A stretch of DNA of 34,884 bases from a virus, in IMG/VR virus record IMGVR_UViG_3300045988_174060, positions 1 to 34,884 of that record; one strand, given 5' to 3'. Below, piece by piece: positions 1-7,892 of the stretch; within the stretch, counting starts at the first letter, position 1, and the number at the start of each line of letters is the position of its first letter. A program made the translations under genes and the position numbers. The notes beneath the pieces are model-generated. The model had not been told where the DNA came from. It made no database searches and worked only from the letters and a program-made list of their open reading frames with translations.

Positions 1-49
1 CCTGCTTTGGGAGCAGGGGGTCGTGGGTTCGAATCCCGTCGCCCCGACA
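1..49 (+). tRNA. 3' part of tRNA-Pro(UGG); the window starts inside the gene. Also the left copy of the att direct repeat
   Basis: Anticodon stem-loop CCTGC/TTTGGGA/GCAGG (anticodon TGG); variable loop GGGTC; T-arm GTGGG-TTCGAAT-CCCGT; acceptor 3' strand CGCCCCG with discriminator A at 47. Identical to 34836-34884. Confidence 0.75.
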
Positions 50-179
50 TTTACTTAAACCGCTGATTATCAGGTAATTAAACTTGACAATCGGCGGTTT
101 TTGCGTTGTGTTGATACTACTGCTTAAGCCTTTTTTATGGCTCATTTGGGTCTATTTTGCGATATTTTGGCGCAATTTT

Positions 180-208
180 GTGAGCATATTGTGAGCATAT
201 TGTGAGCA
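180..208 (+). repeat. Three tandem GTGAGCA(TATT) units, 11-bp period; candidate integrase arm-type sites
   Basis: Reads GTGAGCATATT GTGAGCATATT GTGAGCA. It lies between the att core and the int start. The same motif recurs at 34759-34776. Confidence 0.6.
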
Positions 209-244
209 ATCGGACTGCGGGAAGAAATGCAATAGGAACAAAAA

Positions 245-1537
245 ATGGCATACAAAATAAAATGGTATCTGGATTTGAGACGCACAAGCGATGAGGGCAA
301 AGGGCGGCTATACATGGTGATATACAACAATGGCACGGCGGCACAGATTGCCACCGGGCTGATGCTGCATAAGAATGAATTTGAAGCCGGCAAGGTGGTG
401 GGCGTGCCTATGGCCGGAAAACTGACGCAAATGCTCGGTACTAAAAGGGCTAAGCTGCAGCTTGACATTGAAGAACTTGCCTGCAACGGGTACGAGGTGG
501 ACAAGATGAAGGCGGCCGAGATTAAAAAGGCTGTGATGGCTAAACGCGGGAATGATGGCGAGGAAGGGAACGGCGAAGGTAAAGGGACCGGGAATGAGAC
601 GGCGTTTGGCACGTTTGCCGAGAAGTTTATAGCCCGAAGGGGCAAGGAGAAAACAAGGCAGGTGTATGAAATGACGCTGCGCAAGATGGGGGGATACTGT
701 GATGTGGGGCGCCTGAGGTTTGCCGACATCAGTGTGGGGTGGCTGCGCGACTTTGAGCAGTGGCTGGGGGAGACTTGCAGCGTGAACACGCGGGGCATTC
801 ACTTGCGCAATATTCGCGCGGTGATGAATGCGGCTATTGATGAGGGGGTGGTGCCGGCTGACTTGTACCCTTTCAGACGGTTTAAGATTAAGAAGGAGGA
901 GACGATGAAGCGGTCGCTTTCGGTGGGTGACTTGAGGCGGCTGAGGGATTACCCGTGTGAGGGGTGGCAGAGGAAGTATGTTGATGTGTTTATGCTGTCG
1001 TTTTATTTGGCGGGTATTAACTTGGTGGACTTGATGGGACTGCCGCCGTTGGGGGCGGACGGTGTCATAAGGTACAGGAGGAGCAAGACGGGTGTGCTGT
1101 GCCAGCTGTCGGTGCCGCCTGAGGCCCGGGCCATTATTGAGCGTTACAGGGGGGAGCGGCATTTGCTGTGGTTTGGGGAGCGGCTGAAGCCTGGCGCGGA
1201 GGGGTGGCATGACTGGCTGCACAGGTTTAATGAGGGGCTGCAGAAGGTGGGGCCGTCGGGTTATATGTATGTGCGCCGCAAGGGGCGGTGTGGCGGCAAG
1301 CAGCGGGTGAAGGTGTATAATGCCTTGTTTCCGGAGCTGACGTCGTACTGGGCGCGGCACACTTGGGCTACGCTGGCGGCTGAGATTGATGTGCCTGACG
1401 CGGTGATTGATGCTGCGCTGGGGCACAGGTCGCCGTGCAGAATGGCGGATATATACATAAGGCGTGATGCGCGCAAGGTGGACGAGGCGGTGAAGCGGGT
1501 GATTGAGTATGTGAATGGCAAGACTGATGGGAGTTAA
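245..1537 (+). CDS. int: Tyrosine recombinase / phage integrase
   Basis: 430 aa. Motifs RYRRSKTG (Arg-I/Lys region), YWARHTWAT (H-x-x-R box), ALGHRS and the catalytic Tyr in ADIYIRR. Adjacent to the tRNA att site. Confidence 0.9.
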   Translation: MAYKIKWYLDLRRTSDEGKGRLYMVIYNNGTAAQIATGLMLHKNEFEAGKVVGVPMAGKLTQMLGTKRAKLQLDIEELACNGYEVDKMKAAEIKKAVMAKRGNDGEEGNGEGKGTGNETAFGTFAEKFIARRGKEKTRQVYEMTLRKMGGYCDVGRLRFADISVGWLRDFEQWLGETCSVNTRGIHLRNIRAVMNAAIDEGVVPADLYPFRRFKIKKEETMKRSLSVGDLRRLRDYPCEGWQRKYVDVFMLSFYLAGINLVDLMGLPPLGADGVIRYRRSKTGVLCQLSVPPEARAIIERYRGERHLLWFGERLKPGAEGWHDWLHRFNEGLQKVGPSGYMYVRRKGRCGGKQRVKVYNALFPELTSYWARHTWATLAAEIDVPDAVIDAALGHRSPCRMADIYIRRDARKVDEAVKRVIEYVNGKTDGS

Positions 1538-1572
1538 AAGGTGAAATATATCATACTTTTTCAAAGGAAATA

Positions 1573-1603
1573 TTTGGCAAGGAGTAAATTATTTCATACC
1601 TTG
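1573..1603 (+). promoter_or_regulatory. Near-consensus Bacteroidota promoter (TTTG at -33, TACCTTG at -7)
   Basis: ATTTGGCAA...TACCTTGCATTG resembles the cassette at 33994-34031. There are 20 nt between TTTG (1573-1576) and TA (1597). The -7 box is one T short of TAnnTTTG. Confidence 0.4.
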
Positions 1604-1642
1604 CATTGCTAAACACAAAGAGAAATAATACAGAGATATAAT

Positions 1643-2044
1643 ATGGAACAGATTAAGATTAAGGTGAATTGGTGTGATAAGAATTATGCTGCGGTGTCTG
1701 ATGATGAGCGCTTGCATGGTGTGGTGGTTGCCACTGCCGGGAGTTACGATGAGTTGCTTGCCGGAGTGCGCCGTGCCATAGCCGAGCATGCGGGCGACAT
1801 GGAGGAGGTGGCGCCGTGGGTCAAGGCTGGCGAGTATGGGTTGGACGTGGAAATGGGGGCGGCGGCCCTCATTCGTTTGGCCGAAAATTATACGTCGCTT
1901 AAAATCATATCTCGTGTGTCGGGTATCAACCAGGCTTTGCTGACTCATTATGCCACGGGGCTTAAAGTGCCGCGCGACGGGCAGCGGGCGCGCATAGTTG
2001 ATGCCTTGCACGCTATTGGCGAAGCTTTGGCTGGCATGCGGTAG
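1643..2044 (+). CDS. HicB-like N-terminal domain fused to a C-terminal HTH; no adjacent HicA
   Basis: 133 aa. Same architecture as 10067-10480. The C-terminal segment SRVSGINQALLTHYATGLKVP parallels ARYLGINETLMRQYKRGGTY in that protein. Confidence 0.55.
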   Translation: MEQIKIKVNWCDKNYAAVSDDERLHGVVVATAGSYDELLAGVRRAIAEHAGDMEEVAPWVKAGEYGLDVEMGAAALIRLAENYTSLKIISRVSGINQALLTHYATGLKVPRDGQRARIVDALHAIGEALAGMR

Positions 2045-2105
2045 GCACATTCGCGGGCCGTCTCTTTGTTTTGACTGCTGCCCGGGGCCTGCGGGCGGCA
2101 TTATG

Positions 2106-2141
2106 GGGCTTCCCTCTGTTATGGGGGGAGGCCCTTTTTTT
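2106..2141 (+). terminator. Intrinsic terminator
   Basis: GGGCTTCCCTC-TGTTATG-GGGGGAGGCCC forms an 11-bp stem if G-U pairs are allowed. It is followed by T7. Confidence 0.6.
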
Positions 2142-2157
2142 GTGTGTTTATAAAGCG

Positions 2158-2196
2158 TTTACGCCCCTTTTGCGGTTGTGGCAAAAGGGGCGTAAA
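2158..2196. repeat. Perfect 16-bp inverted repeat; a bidirectional hairpin or operator
   Basis: TTTACGCCCCTTTTGC-GGTTGTG-GCAAAAGGGGCGTAAA. Confidence 0.7.
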
Positions 2197-2229
2197 TGCG
2201 CGTGCGTATTAAACATATCATGTATTCTT

Positions 2230-2237
2230 TACATTTG
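2230..2237 (+). promoter_or_regulatory. Candidate -7 box TACATTTG for the cI-like gene
   Basis: Matches TAnnTTTG, but no clear TTTG was seen at the -33 position. Confidence 0.3.
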
Positions 2238-2353
2238 TATGCGTAACGCGGTTACGTAACATCGTTATGTAGTGCAAAGATATGTAGCTCTAACGAAAAT
2301 ACAAAACGCAAAAACGATTAAATAACGCAATAGCGATAAATAGGACAATAATT

Positions 2354-2767
2354 ATGGATAAAAAAAGTATTTTAGAACAACTGATAATACATTTTGCAAA
2401 AGGTAATCAATCGCTTTTTGCAAGACTTCTTGGGCTCAGTCAAAGTACTGTAGGCACTTGGAGCGTCCGAAAAACCTTTAATGCGGAACAAATCAAGGCT
2501 GTTTTCCCCCAGGTCGACGGCAACTGGCTCCTTACAGGCGAAGGCGAAATGCTCCTACCCGACGACCAAGGCACAATACAAGTAGGCGGCCACCACAACA
2601 CAACGCAAATAAACTCCACAGGCAATATAGAGACAGCCCAAAGCAGTGATAATGAGGTGATAACGCTACAACACGCCATCGAACTCCTGCAAAAAGATAA
2701 TGCCGCCCTGCACGCCCTCCTCGACGAAAAAGAACGCCTCATTAAGGTTCTGCTCGACAAAGGCTGA
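2354..2767 (+). CDS. cI-type HTH transcriptional regulator (candidate lysogeny repressor) with a C-terminal coiled coil
   Basis: 137 aa. FARLLGLSQSTVGTWSVRK followed by NWLLTGEGEM is typical of the Bacteroidota phage CI-repressor-like HTH domain. Its composition is AT-richer than the backbone. Confidence 0.7.
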   Translation: MDKKSILEQLIIHFAKGNQSLFARLLGLSQSTVGTWSVRKTFNAEQIKAVFPQVDGNWLLTGEGEMLLPDDQGTIQVGGHHNTTQINSTGNIETAQSSDNEVITLQHAIELLQKDNAALHALLDEKERLIKVLLDKG

Positions 2768-2795
2768 AACGAATACATGTTATGTTTACAAGCAA

Positions 2796-3071
2796 ATGGA
2801 AGCAAAAAACAGGATACTGCGCAGCATCAGCCCGACGGCCACGCTGCGCTCAATGAAGCCGGGCAGCGGCATTGAAATACCTTGCAGTGCAATGAGTTTT
2901 TCGGCGCTGATAATGGCAAAAGCCAGGTTGAACCGCCAGAGCGGGCGCAACGAGTGGCAAGTGAGAGTGAAGAAGGACGCCGCACGCGGCAAGTGCTACC
3001 TGGTGGAGCGCGCGCAGGGCGAAGTGACAAACAACAACAAACAAAAGGAGGACAGCAACCATGATGACTGA
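2796..3071 (+). CDS. Hypothetical protein
   Basis: In-frame ATG at 2796 (MEAKNRIL...), just after the stop of the upstream gene. The longer ORF from 2700 would overlap that gene. Overlaps the next gene by 11 nt. Confidence 0.45.
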   Translation: MEAKNRILRSISPTATLRSMKPGSGIEIPCSAMSFSALIMAKARLNRQSGRNEWQVRVKKDAARGKCYLVERAQGEVTNNNKQKEDSNHDD

Positions 3072-3261
3072 AACCGAACCACAGGTGGCCGACGCTGGGC
3101 GTTACCCCATGGGACGCGCGGCAGAGCTGCTTGGTGTGTCGCGCTCCACCATCAAGCGGTGGGTGACGAGCGGGCGCATAACCTGCGGCTGGAGCAAGGT
3201 GAACTGCAGGAAGTTCATAACCGGTGCCGAGATTAAGCGTGTGTGGCGCGAGTACTATTAA
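3061..3261 (+). CDS. Excisionase-family / MerR-like HTH DNA-binding protein
   Basis: 66 aa. The segment GRAAELLGVSRSTIKRWVTSGRI has the HTH_17/Xis-like pattern. Confidence 0.65.
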   Translation: MMTETEPQVADAGRYPMGRAAELLGVSRSTIKRWVTSGRITCGWSKVNCRKFITGAEIKRVWREYY

Positions 3262-3399
3262 GTGCCATTGCACACACACGGGGCGGCAACGGGATAGAGA
3301 GTGACACGAGGCTCCGAGGGGCCATGCGGTGTGTGTGCGGCGGCACATGCGGGCGGCGCGAGCGGTTTGCGCCATATATAGGTAACTACTATGCAGTGT

Positions 3400-3452
3400 T
3401 GCTCACACACACCTCACACACAAGGCGGCTCACACATGGCTCACGCAAGGCG
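3400..3452 (-). repeat. Four imperfect (T)GCTCAC(A/G)C repeats, the reverse complement of the att-arm GTGAGC motif
   Basis: TGCTCACACACAC CTCACACACAAGGCG GCTCACACATG GCTCACGCAAGGCG, inside the roughly 300-bp non-coding stretch 3262-3564. Confidence 0.4.
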
Positions 3453-3564
3453 GGGGCTGCAAAGATGGCTTATAACACAACAACAACCCATATTAACAAC
3501 AACCCATGCACGCTGCGGCACCGGACGCCTGCGGCTGTGCGCACTAACAAAAAAGCATACAATT

Positions 3565-3780
3565 ATGAAAAAGACTGTTATACGACTCATGACCCTTACA
3601 AAGTGGGCCTTGGTGGGCGCGGCACTGTTTGCAGCCTTTGCCTGGGCTGGCAAGAGCGACTTTGTAGACTCCACTGTGGTGGAGATGAAGAACAACGGCA
3701 CGTACTATGCGCTGAGCGAGCGCTTCCCCGACTACTCTGACGCCGACCTGGTGCACTACTATGTGGAGCACTGCAAGTGA
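3565..3780 (+). CDS. Small membrane or secreted protein
   Basis: 71 aa starting at the internal ATG (MKKTVIRLMTLTKWALVGAALFAAFAWAG...). The N-terminus is hydrophobic, consistent with a signal peptide or TM segment. Confidence 0.5.
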   Translation: MKKTVIRLMTLTKWALVGAALFAAFAWAGKSDFVDSTVVEMKNNGTYYALSERFPDYSDADLVHYYVEHCK

Positions 3781-3826
3781 GGATCTCAACTTTATTGAAT
3801 TATAAAACCCTATAAAAAAGACGATT

Positions 3827-4129
3827 ATGACTATGAGCAGATGTAATATGACTTTGGTAAAGTACAAAATGTCCTCGACCGATGGCTTTGCCGAGGTGGA
3901 GGTGTCGTTCAGCCCCAACCTGAAGGAGTGGACGCTGAAGGCCAACTTTGTGCCGCTTGAGCAGCGTGAGTTCGTTGACGCGCTCGACCGCGCCCTGCCC
4001 TTCGAGGTAATAGTAAAGGACGGCCGCGGCGGCTGCATCATTCAAGGCCCCATGCCCGAGGGTATGGGCCGGGCCACGGTACTGAAACGCATGGTGGACG
4101 TGTTTGCCGACACGATAGTTGACGGGTGA
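3827..4129 (+). CDS. Hypothetical protein
   Basis: 100-aa ORF. The start is uncertain because there are in-frame ATGs at 3827, 3833, 3848 and 3869. Confidence 0.5.
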   Translation: MTMSRCNMTLVKYKMSSTDGFAEVEVSFSPNLKEWTLKANFVPLEQREFVDALDRALPFEVIVKDGRGGCIIQGPMPEGMGRATVLKRMVDVFADTIVDG

Positions 4130-4190
4130 ATGGTTAACCCGTCACCCCGCACACACACGTATATATAGATAGGAGTTAGAAATCACACAC

Positions 4191-4260
4191 GATGGCCGGG
4201 GGGCTTGACGTGTATATTCTTCATCACTTTGTTTTGGTTTTTGCTGTACCCCCGGCCATC
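4191..4260 (+). ncRNA. 12-bp stem hairpin opening the structured non-coding region
   Basis: GATGGCCGGGGG (4191-4202) pairs perfectly with CCCCCGGCCATC (4249-4260). Confidence 0.35.
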
Positions 4261-4302
4261 ATCAGGCTGCCGTAGTCCGCGACGGATAGTGGCAGCCACC
4301 CC

Positions 4303-4453
4303 GCAGGCGATAGGCCGCTAAACGGATAGGCGGCAAACGGATAGTACGCCGGGGGTGCACCATCAGCACAGACGCTGAATAGCCCCGCTCGATGGTGCCC
4401 CCGGTATTCGCGACGAAGTAGGACATTAACGGGTTCGACTCCCGCCGCCTGCG
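4303..4453 (+). ncRNA. tRNA-like structured RNA candidate 1: closed acceptor stem, T-arm and a long internal hairpin
   Basis: 5' GCAGGCG (4303-4309) pairs with 3' CGCCTGC (4446-4452). The T-arm is ACGGG-TTCGACT-CCCGC. The internal hairpin is CCGGGGGTGCACCATC (4349-4364) with GATGGTGCCCCCGG (4391-4404). At 151 nt it is not a canonical cloverleaf. Confidence 0.35.
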
Positions 4454-4518
4454 CTACATCCATTCTCATAATGTTAAGGCGTGTCATGGTTCGTGACGGA
4501 TAGTGCGCGCCGCCCTTT

Positions 4519-4626
4519 GCAGGCGATAGGCCGCTAAACGGATAGGCGGCATGTGTAAATGTTAGATGCACTGCCAGTGTGTTGTAAAGATAGGAACATT
4601 AGCGGGTTCGACTCCCGCCGCCTGCA
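4519..4626 (+). ncRNA. tRNA-like structured RNA candidate 2
   Basis: Its first 32 nt (GCAGGCGATAGGCCGCTAAACGGATAGGCGGC) are identical to those of candidate 1. The T-arm GCGGG-TTCGACT-CCCGC is perfect. Acceptor 3' strand CGCCTGC with A at 4626. An inner stem pairs AATGTT with AACATT. 108 nt. Confidence 0.4.
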
Positions 4627-4640
4627 CGAAGCTTGGTTTT

Positions 4641-4797
4641 AAGTTGAAAAGTTTAGGAGTTGAAAAGCCAAGAAGTCGCTTTAAGAGTTGAAAAGTTAAG
4701 AGGTTTCCTCTGCTTGCCCAACTCATAAAACCGACCGCTTAACTTTTCAACTTTTCAACTTGAAAAACTCCAAACTCCTACTCTAACTCCAAAAGAC
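4641..4797 (+). repeat. Composite intergenic palindromic element, copy a (TTGCCC subfamily)
   Basis: Left arms are of the GTTGAAAAGTT/TAGGAGTT type. Core TCCTCTGCTTGCCCAAC at 4706-4722. The right arm CTTAACTTTTCAACTTTTCAAC runs up to the ATG at 4801. Confidence 0.85.
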
Positions 4798-4800
4798 CCT

Positions 4801-7710
4801 ATGATAAGAATAGAAAACCTATATCGCGCCACCAACGAGGGGCTCGATATCATACTGCACTACTACCCGCAGGCACGCGAGGTGGTGGGCTCCAAAAACA
4901 AGTTCAGGGTGCGCCCCGCCGACAAAACGCCCTCGGCCTGCCTCTACCTGTGCCACACACAGGGGGGCGAGGGTGTGTGGAAGGTGACCGACTTCGGCGA
5001 TGAGGGCCACGCGCAAAGCCCGCTCGACATCTGCATGAGGGAGGAGGGCATCGAACGCCCCTACGAGGCAGTGCTCAAGCTGGCCGCCATGTTCGACGTG
5101 CGTGACGAGCTGAACCGCTCCATCAACAAGCCCGACATCAAGCACCGCCCCGCCACGGCCGACGAGAAGGACGGCACACGCATCTTTGCCCTGCTTGAGC
5201 GCATACCCGAGAGCCACCTCAAAGTGCTTGGCCCGAGGGTGACGCACGCCGACACCGATGCGCTGCACTGGTACGAGGCCGAGTATGTGGGCTATGTCAA
5301 GAACCGCGAGGTGACGCTCAAGTACTCCACCGAGCACTACCCCATCTTCATGCGCGAGTGTGTGGTGGAGGAGGGCGGCGGCGAAAAGGCCGAAGTAAAG
5401 TTTTACAAAATATATGAGCCATTGAACCCCGACAAGGGTTTTCGCTTCAGCTATCACCCCGCAGGGGGCAAGCCCAAGGCCTACATCAACGGCCTTCACG
5501 AGCTGAAAGCCCTGTGGCGCAAGCTGAACGCCGACGAGGAAGCGGCCTTTTACCGCGACCCCGCCAACGAGGGCAAGCCCTACCGGGAGCAAAAGCTGAA
5601 GGAGGCCTTCATTTGTTCGGGCGAGCGCGACTCGCTGTGCTGCCACTCCATGGGCTACAGCCCGCTGTGGTTCAACTCCGAAACGTACCGCCTGAGCGAG
5701 GCAGAGTACAAGGAGGTGATGAAGTATGTGGAGGTGCTCTACAACATTCCCGACCTCGACAGCACAGGCGTGCGCAAGGGGCGCGAGCTTGCGCTGCGCT
5801 TCATAGACATACACACCATGTGGCTGCCGCAGAGCCTCACGGGCTACCGCGACAACCGCGGCCGCCCGCGCAAGGACCTGCGCGACTGGCAGGAGCTGCG
5901 CGACAGGCGGAGCGACTTTGCGGGCCTGATGGCACTGGCCATGCCTGCCAAGTTCTGGACGGAGCGCACCAACCGCAAAACGGGGGCCGTGACGTACGAC
6001 ATCGACACGGAGTGCCTGTACAACTTCCTCCGGCTGAACGGCTTTTACACCCTGCACGACGACAACATAAAGGAGGCGCGCTACATACACGTGCAAGGCA
6101 ACATTGTGCGCGAGGTGAAGGCCAAGGACCTGCGCCGCTTCATAAGCGAGTGGGCCGAGGAGCGCTGCCTGCCGCGCCCCGTGCGCAACCTCATACACAA
6201 CTCGCCAAGGCTGAGCGACTCAGCCCTCGACAACATGCGCGAGGTGACGCTCGACTTTACCAACTACACGCCCACCACGCAGCTCTTTTTCTTCCCGGGC
6301 AAAACGATTGAGGCCACCCCCACGGGCCTTGTGGAGCACTCAGGCGGGGAAGGTCTTGACCGCTATGTGTGGCAGGAGAATGTGCTGGACCACCGCGTCA
6401 CGCTCATGCCCCCCATGTTTGAGGTGGAGCGCAGCGTCACGCCCACGGGCGAGGCGCGCTTCGGGGTGAAGGTGAAGGACGCCGAGAGCAGCCCCCTGTT
6501 TGGCTACGTAATCAACACGAGCCGCGTGCACTGGCGCAAGGAGCTGGAGTACAACTTTGCCGAGCGCGATGCCTCGGAGGCCGAAGCCTACCACCGCGCC
6601 CACAAGTTCTGCATCGACGGCGAGGGCCTCACGCCCGACGAGCGGCACGAGCAGGAGCAGAACCTTGTCAGCAAACTCTTCACCATAGGCTACATGCTGC
6701 ACCACTACAAAAGCCCCTCGCGGGCGTGGGCGCCAATGGCCATGGACAACAAGATTGGCGAGGACGGCGAGTGCAACGGCCGCAGCGGCAAGTCGTTCCT
6801 GTTCAAGGCCCTCAGCCTCTTTATGAAAACGGTGAAGCTGAGCGGCCGCAACGCCAAGTTGATGGACAACCCGCACGTGTTCGACCAAGTGACGCAGCAC
6901 ACCGACTTTGTGCTGGTTGACGACTGCGACCGCCACCTTGACACGGGGGCATTTTACGACCTCATAACCTCGGACATGACCGTCAACCCCAAGAACAACC
7001 AGAGCTACACCATACCCTTTGAGCAAAGCCCGAAGTTTGGCTTTACCACCAACTATGTGCCGCGCGACTTCAGCCCCAGCACCGAGGCGCGCCTGCTTTA
7101 CCTTGTGTTCAGCGACTACTACCACCAGCGCACCGAGGGCAACGACTACCTTGAGAGCCGCAGCATACGCGACGACTTCGGGCGCGACCTCATAAGCTCC
7201 TCGTACAAGGAGGAGGATTGGAACGCGGACATAAACTTCTTTATGCAGTGCTGCCAGTTCTACCTGTCGATGTGCCAGGAGAGCGTCAAGCCCATGCCGC
7301 CCATGGGCAACATATTAAAGCGCAAGTTCAAGGCCGACATGGGCACCAACTTTGAGGAATGGGCCAACGTGTACTTTGCCGAGGAGGGCGACAACCTCGA
7401 CACCTTCATCGTTCGCCGCGAGGCCTACGACGCCTTTATAGACGATGCCAAGGTGAACAAGAATTTTTACACCATGAACAAGTTCACCAAGGCCTTGCGC
7501 TCCTTTGCCGCCCTCTGCCCCTACGTGTACGACTACAACCCCGCCGACTTGCTCAACTCGCAGGGCCGCATCTCGCGCCGCATCGACGGCAAGAGCGAGG
7601 ACATGATATATCTGCGCTCCACCAAGAGCCAGGCCAACCGCGAAAGCCTCGACACGGGGGCGCACCTCGACCCCGGGGCGGGATTTGTGCCGGACGAGAG
7701 CGAAGGCTAA
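4801..7710 (+). CDS. DNA primase / SF3 (P4-alpha or D5-like) helicase
   Basis: 969 aa. Central Toprim-like segment FICSGERDSLCCHSMGYSPLWFNSE. Walker A NGRSGKSF and Walker B FVLVDDCD. Confidence 0.8.
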   Translation: MIRIENLYRATNEGLDIILHYYPQAREVVGSKNKFRVRPADKTPSACLYLCHTQGGEGVWKVTDFGDEGHAQSPLDICMREEGIERPYEAVLKLAAMFDVRDELNRSINKPDIKHRPATADEKDGTRIFALLERIPESHLKVLGPRVTHADTDALHWYEAEYVGYVKNREVTLKYSTEHYPIFMRECVVEEGGGEKAEVKFYKIYEPLNPDKGFRFSYHPAGGKPKAYINGLHELKALWRKLNADEEAAFYRDPANEGKPYREQKLKEAFICSGERDSLCCHSMGYSPLWFNSETYRLSEAEYKEVMKYVEVLYNIPDLDSTGVRKGRELALRFIDIHTMWLPQSLTGYRDNRGRPRKDLRDWQELRDRRSDFAGLMALAMPAKFWTERTNRKTGAVTYDIDTECLYNFLRLNGFYTLHDDNIKEARYIHVQGNIVREVKAKDLRRFISEWAEERCLPRPVRNLIHNSPRLSDSALDNMREVTLDFTNYTPTTQLFFFPGKTIEATPTGLVEHSGGEGLDRYVWQENVLDHRVTLMPPMFEVERSVTPTGEARFGVKVKDAESSPLFGYVINTSRVHWRKELEYNFAERDASEAEAYHRAHKFCIDGEGLTPDERHEQEQNLVSKLFTIGYMLHHYKSPSRAWAPMAMDNKIGEDGECNGRSGKSFLFKALSLFMKTVKLSGRNAKLMDNPHVFDQVTQHTDFVLVDDCDRHLDTGAFYDLITSDMTVNPKNNQSYTIPFEQSPKFGFTTNYVPRDFSPSTEARLLYLVFSDYYHQRTEGNDYLESRSIRDDFGRDLISSSYKEEDWNADINFFMQCCQFYLSMCQESVKPMPPMGNILKRKFKADMGTNFEEWANVYFAEEGDNLDTFIVRREAYDAFIDDAKVNKNFYTMNKFTKALRSFAALCPYVYDYNPADLLNSQGRISRRIDGKSEDMIYLRSTKSQANRESLDTGAHLDPGAGFVPDESEG

Positions 7711-7713
7711 AAG

Positions 7714-7892
7714 ATTCAAGTTGAAGAGTTTAGGAGTTGAAAAGTTAAGAAGATACCTCTGCTTGTCCAACTCATAAAAGCGACCGCTTAACTTTTCAAC
7801 TCTTAAACTCTTCAACTTAAAACTCCGACCTCTTAACTCTTCAACTCTTAAACTTTTCAACTTTCCCCCTCAACTTTTCAACTCATAAACTT
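7714..7892 (+). repeat. Composite intergenic element, copy b (TTGTCC)
   Basis: Core ACCTCTGCTTGTCCAAC at 7755-7771. There are two successive G-free right-arm blocks before the ATG at 7893. Confidence 0.85.

Noticed and set aside
57-102. A hairpin, AAACCGC (57-63) with GCGGTTT (94-100) followed by Ts, downstream of the left tRNA copy, as a tRNA terminator.
   Set aside because: It has only a 7-bp stem and a 30-nt loop, which is too weak to call. It may instead be part of the att arm.
308-1564. Long minus-strand ORFs mirroring plus-strand genes. Examples: 308-1564, 4819-6198, 6340-7125, 14227-15381, 22167-23087, 23825-24937, 24753-25640 and 30948-31823.
   Set aside because: They are shadow ORFs of GC-rich coding regions. 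Their translations are Arg/Ala/Gly/His/Val low-complexity and carry no motifs. Each lies antisense to an ORF with clear motifs or operon context.
4224-4571. 115-aa minus-strand ORF over the tRNA-like region.
   Set aside because: It spans duplicated, highly self-complementary sequence. There is no start context, and a structural RNA or DNA reading explains the conservation of the two blocks better.
4303-4626. Reading the tRNA-like modules as a bona fide tRNA gene, a tmRNA, or a leftover attP-type tRNA fragment.
   Set aside because: Neither module has a canonical D-arm or an anticodon arm of the right size. Lengths are 151 and 108 nt. Position 3:70 is A-U, so the alanine identity element is absent, and there is no tag ORF ending in a typical degradation tag, which argues against tmRNA. 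A mere 3' fragment would not carry a matching 5' acceptor strand in both copies. The region is kept only as an unclassified tRNA-like candidate.
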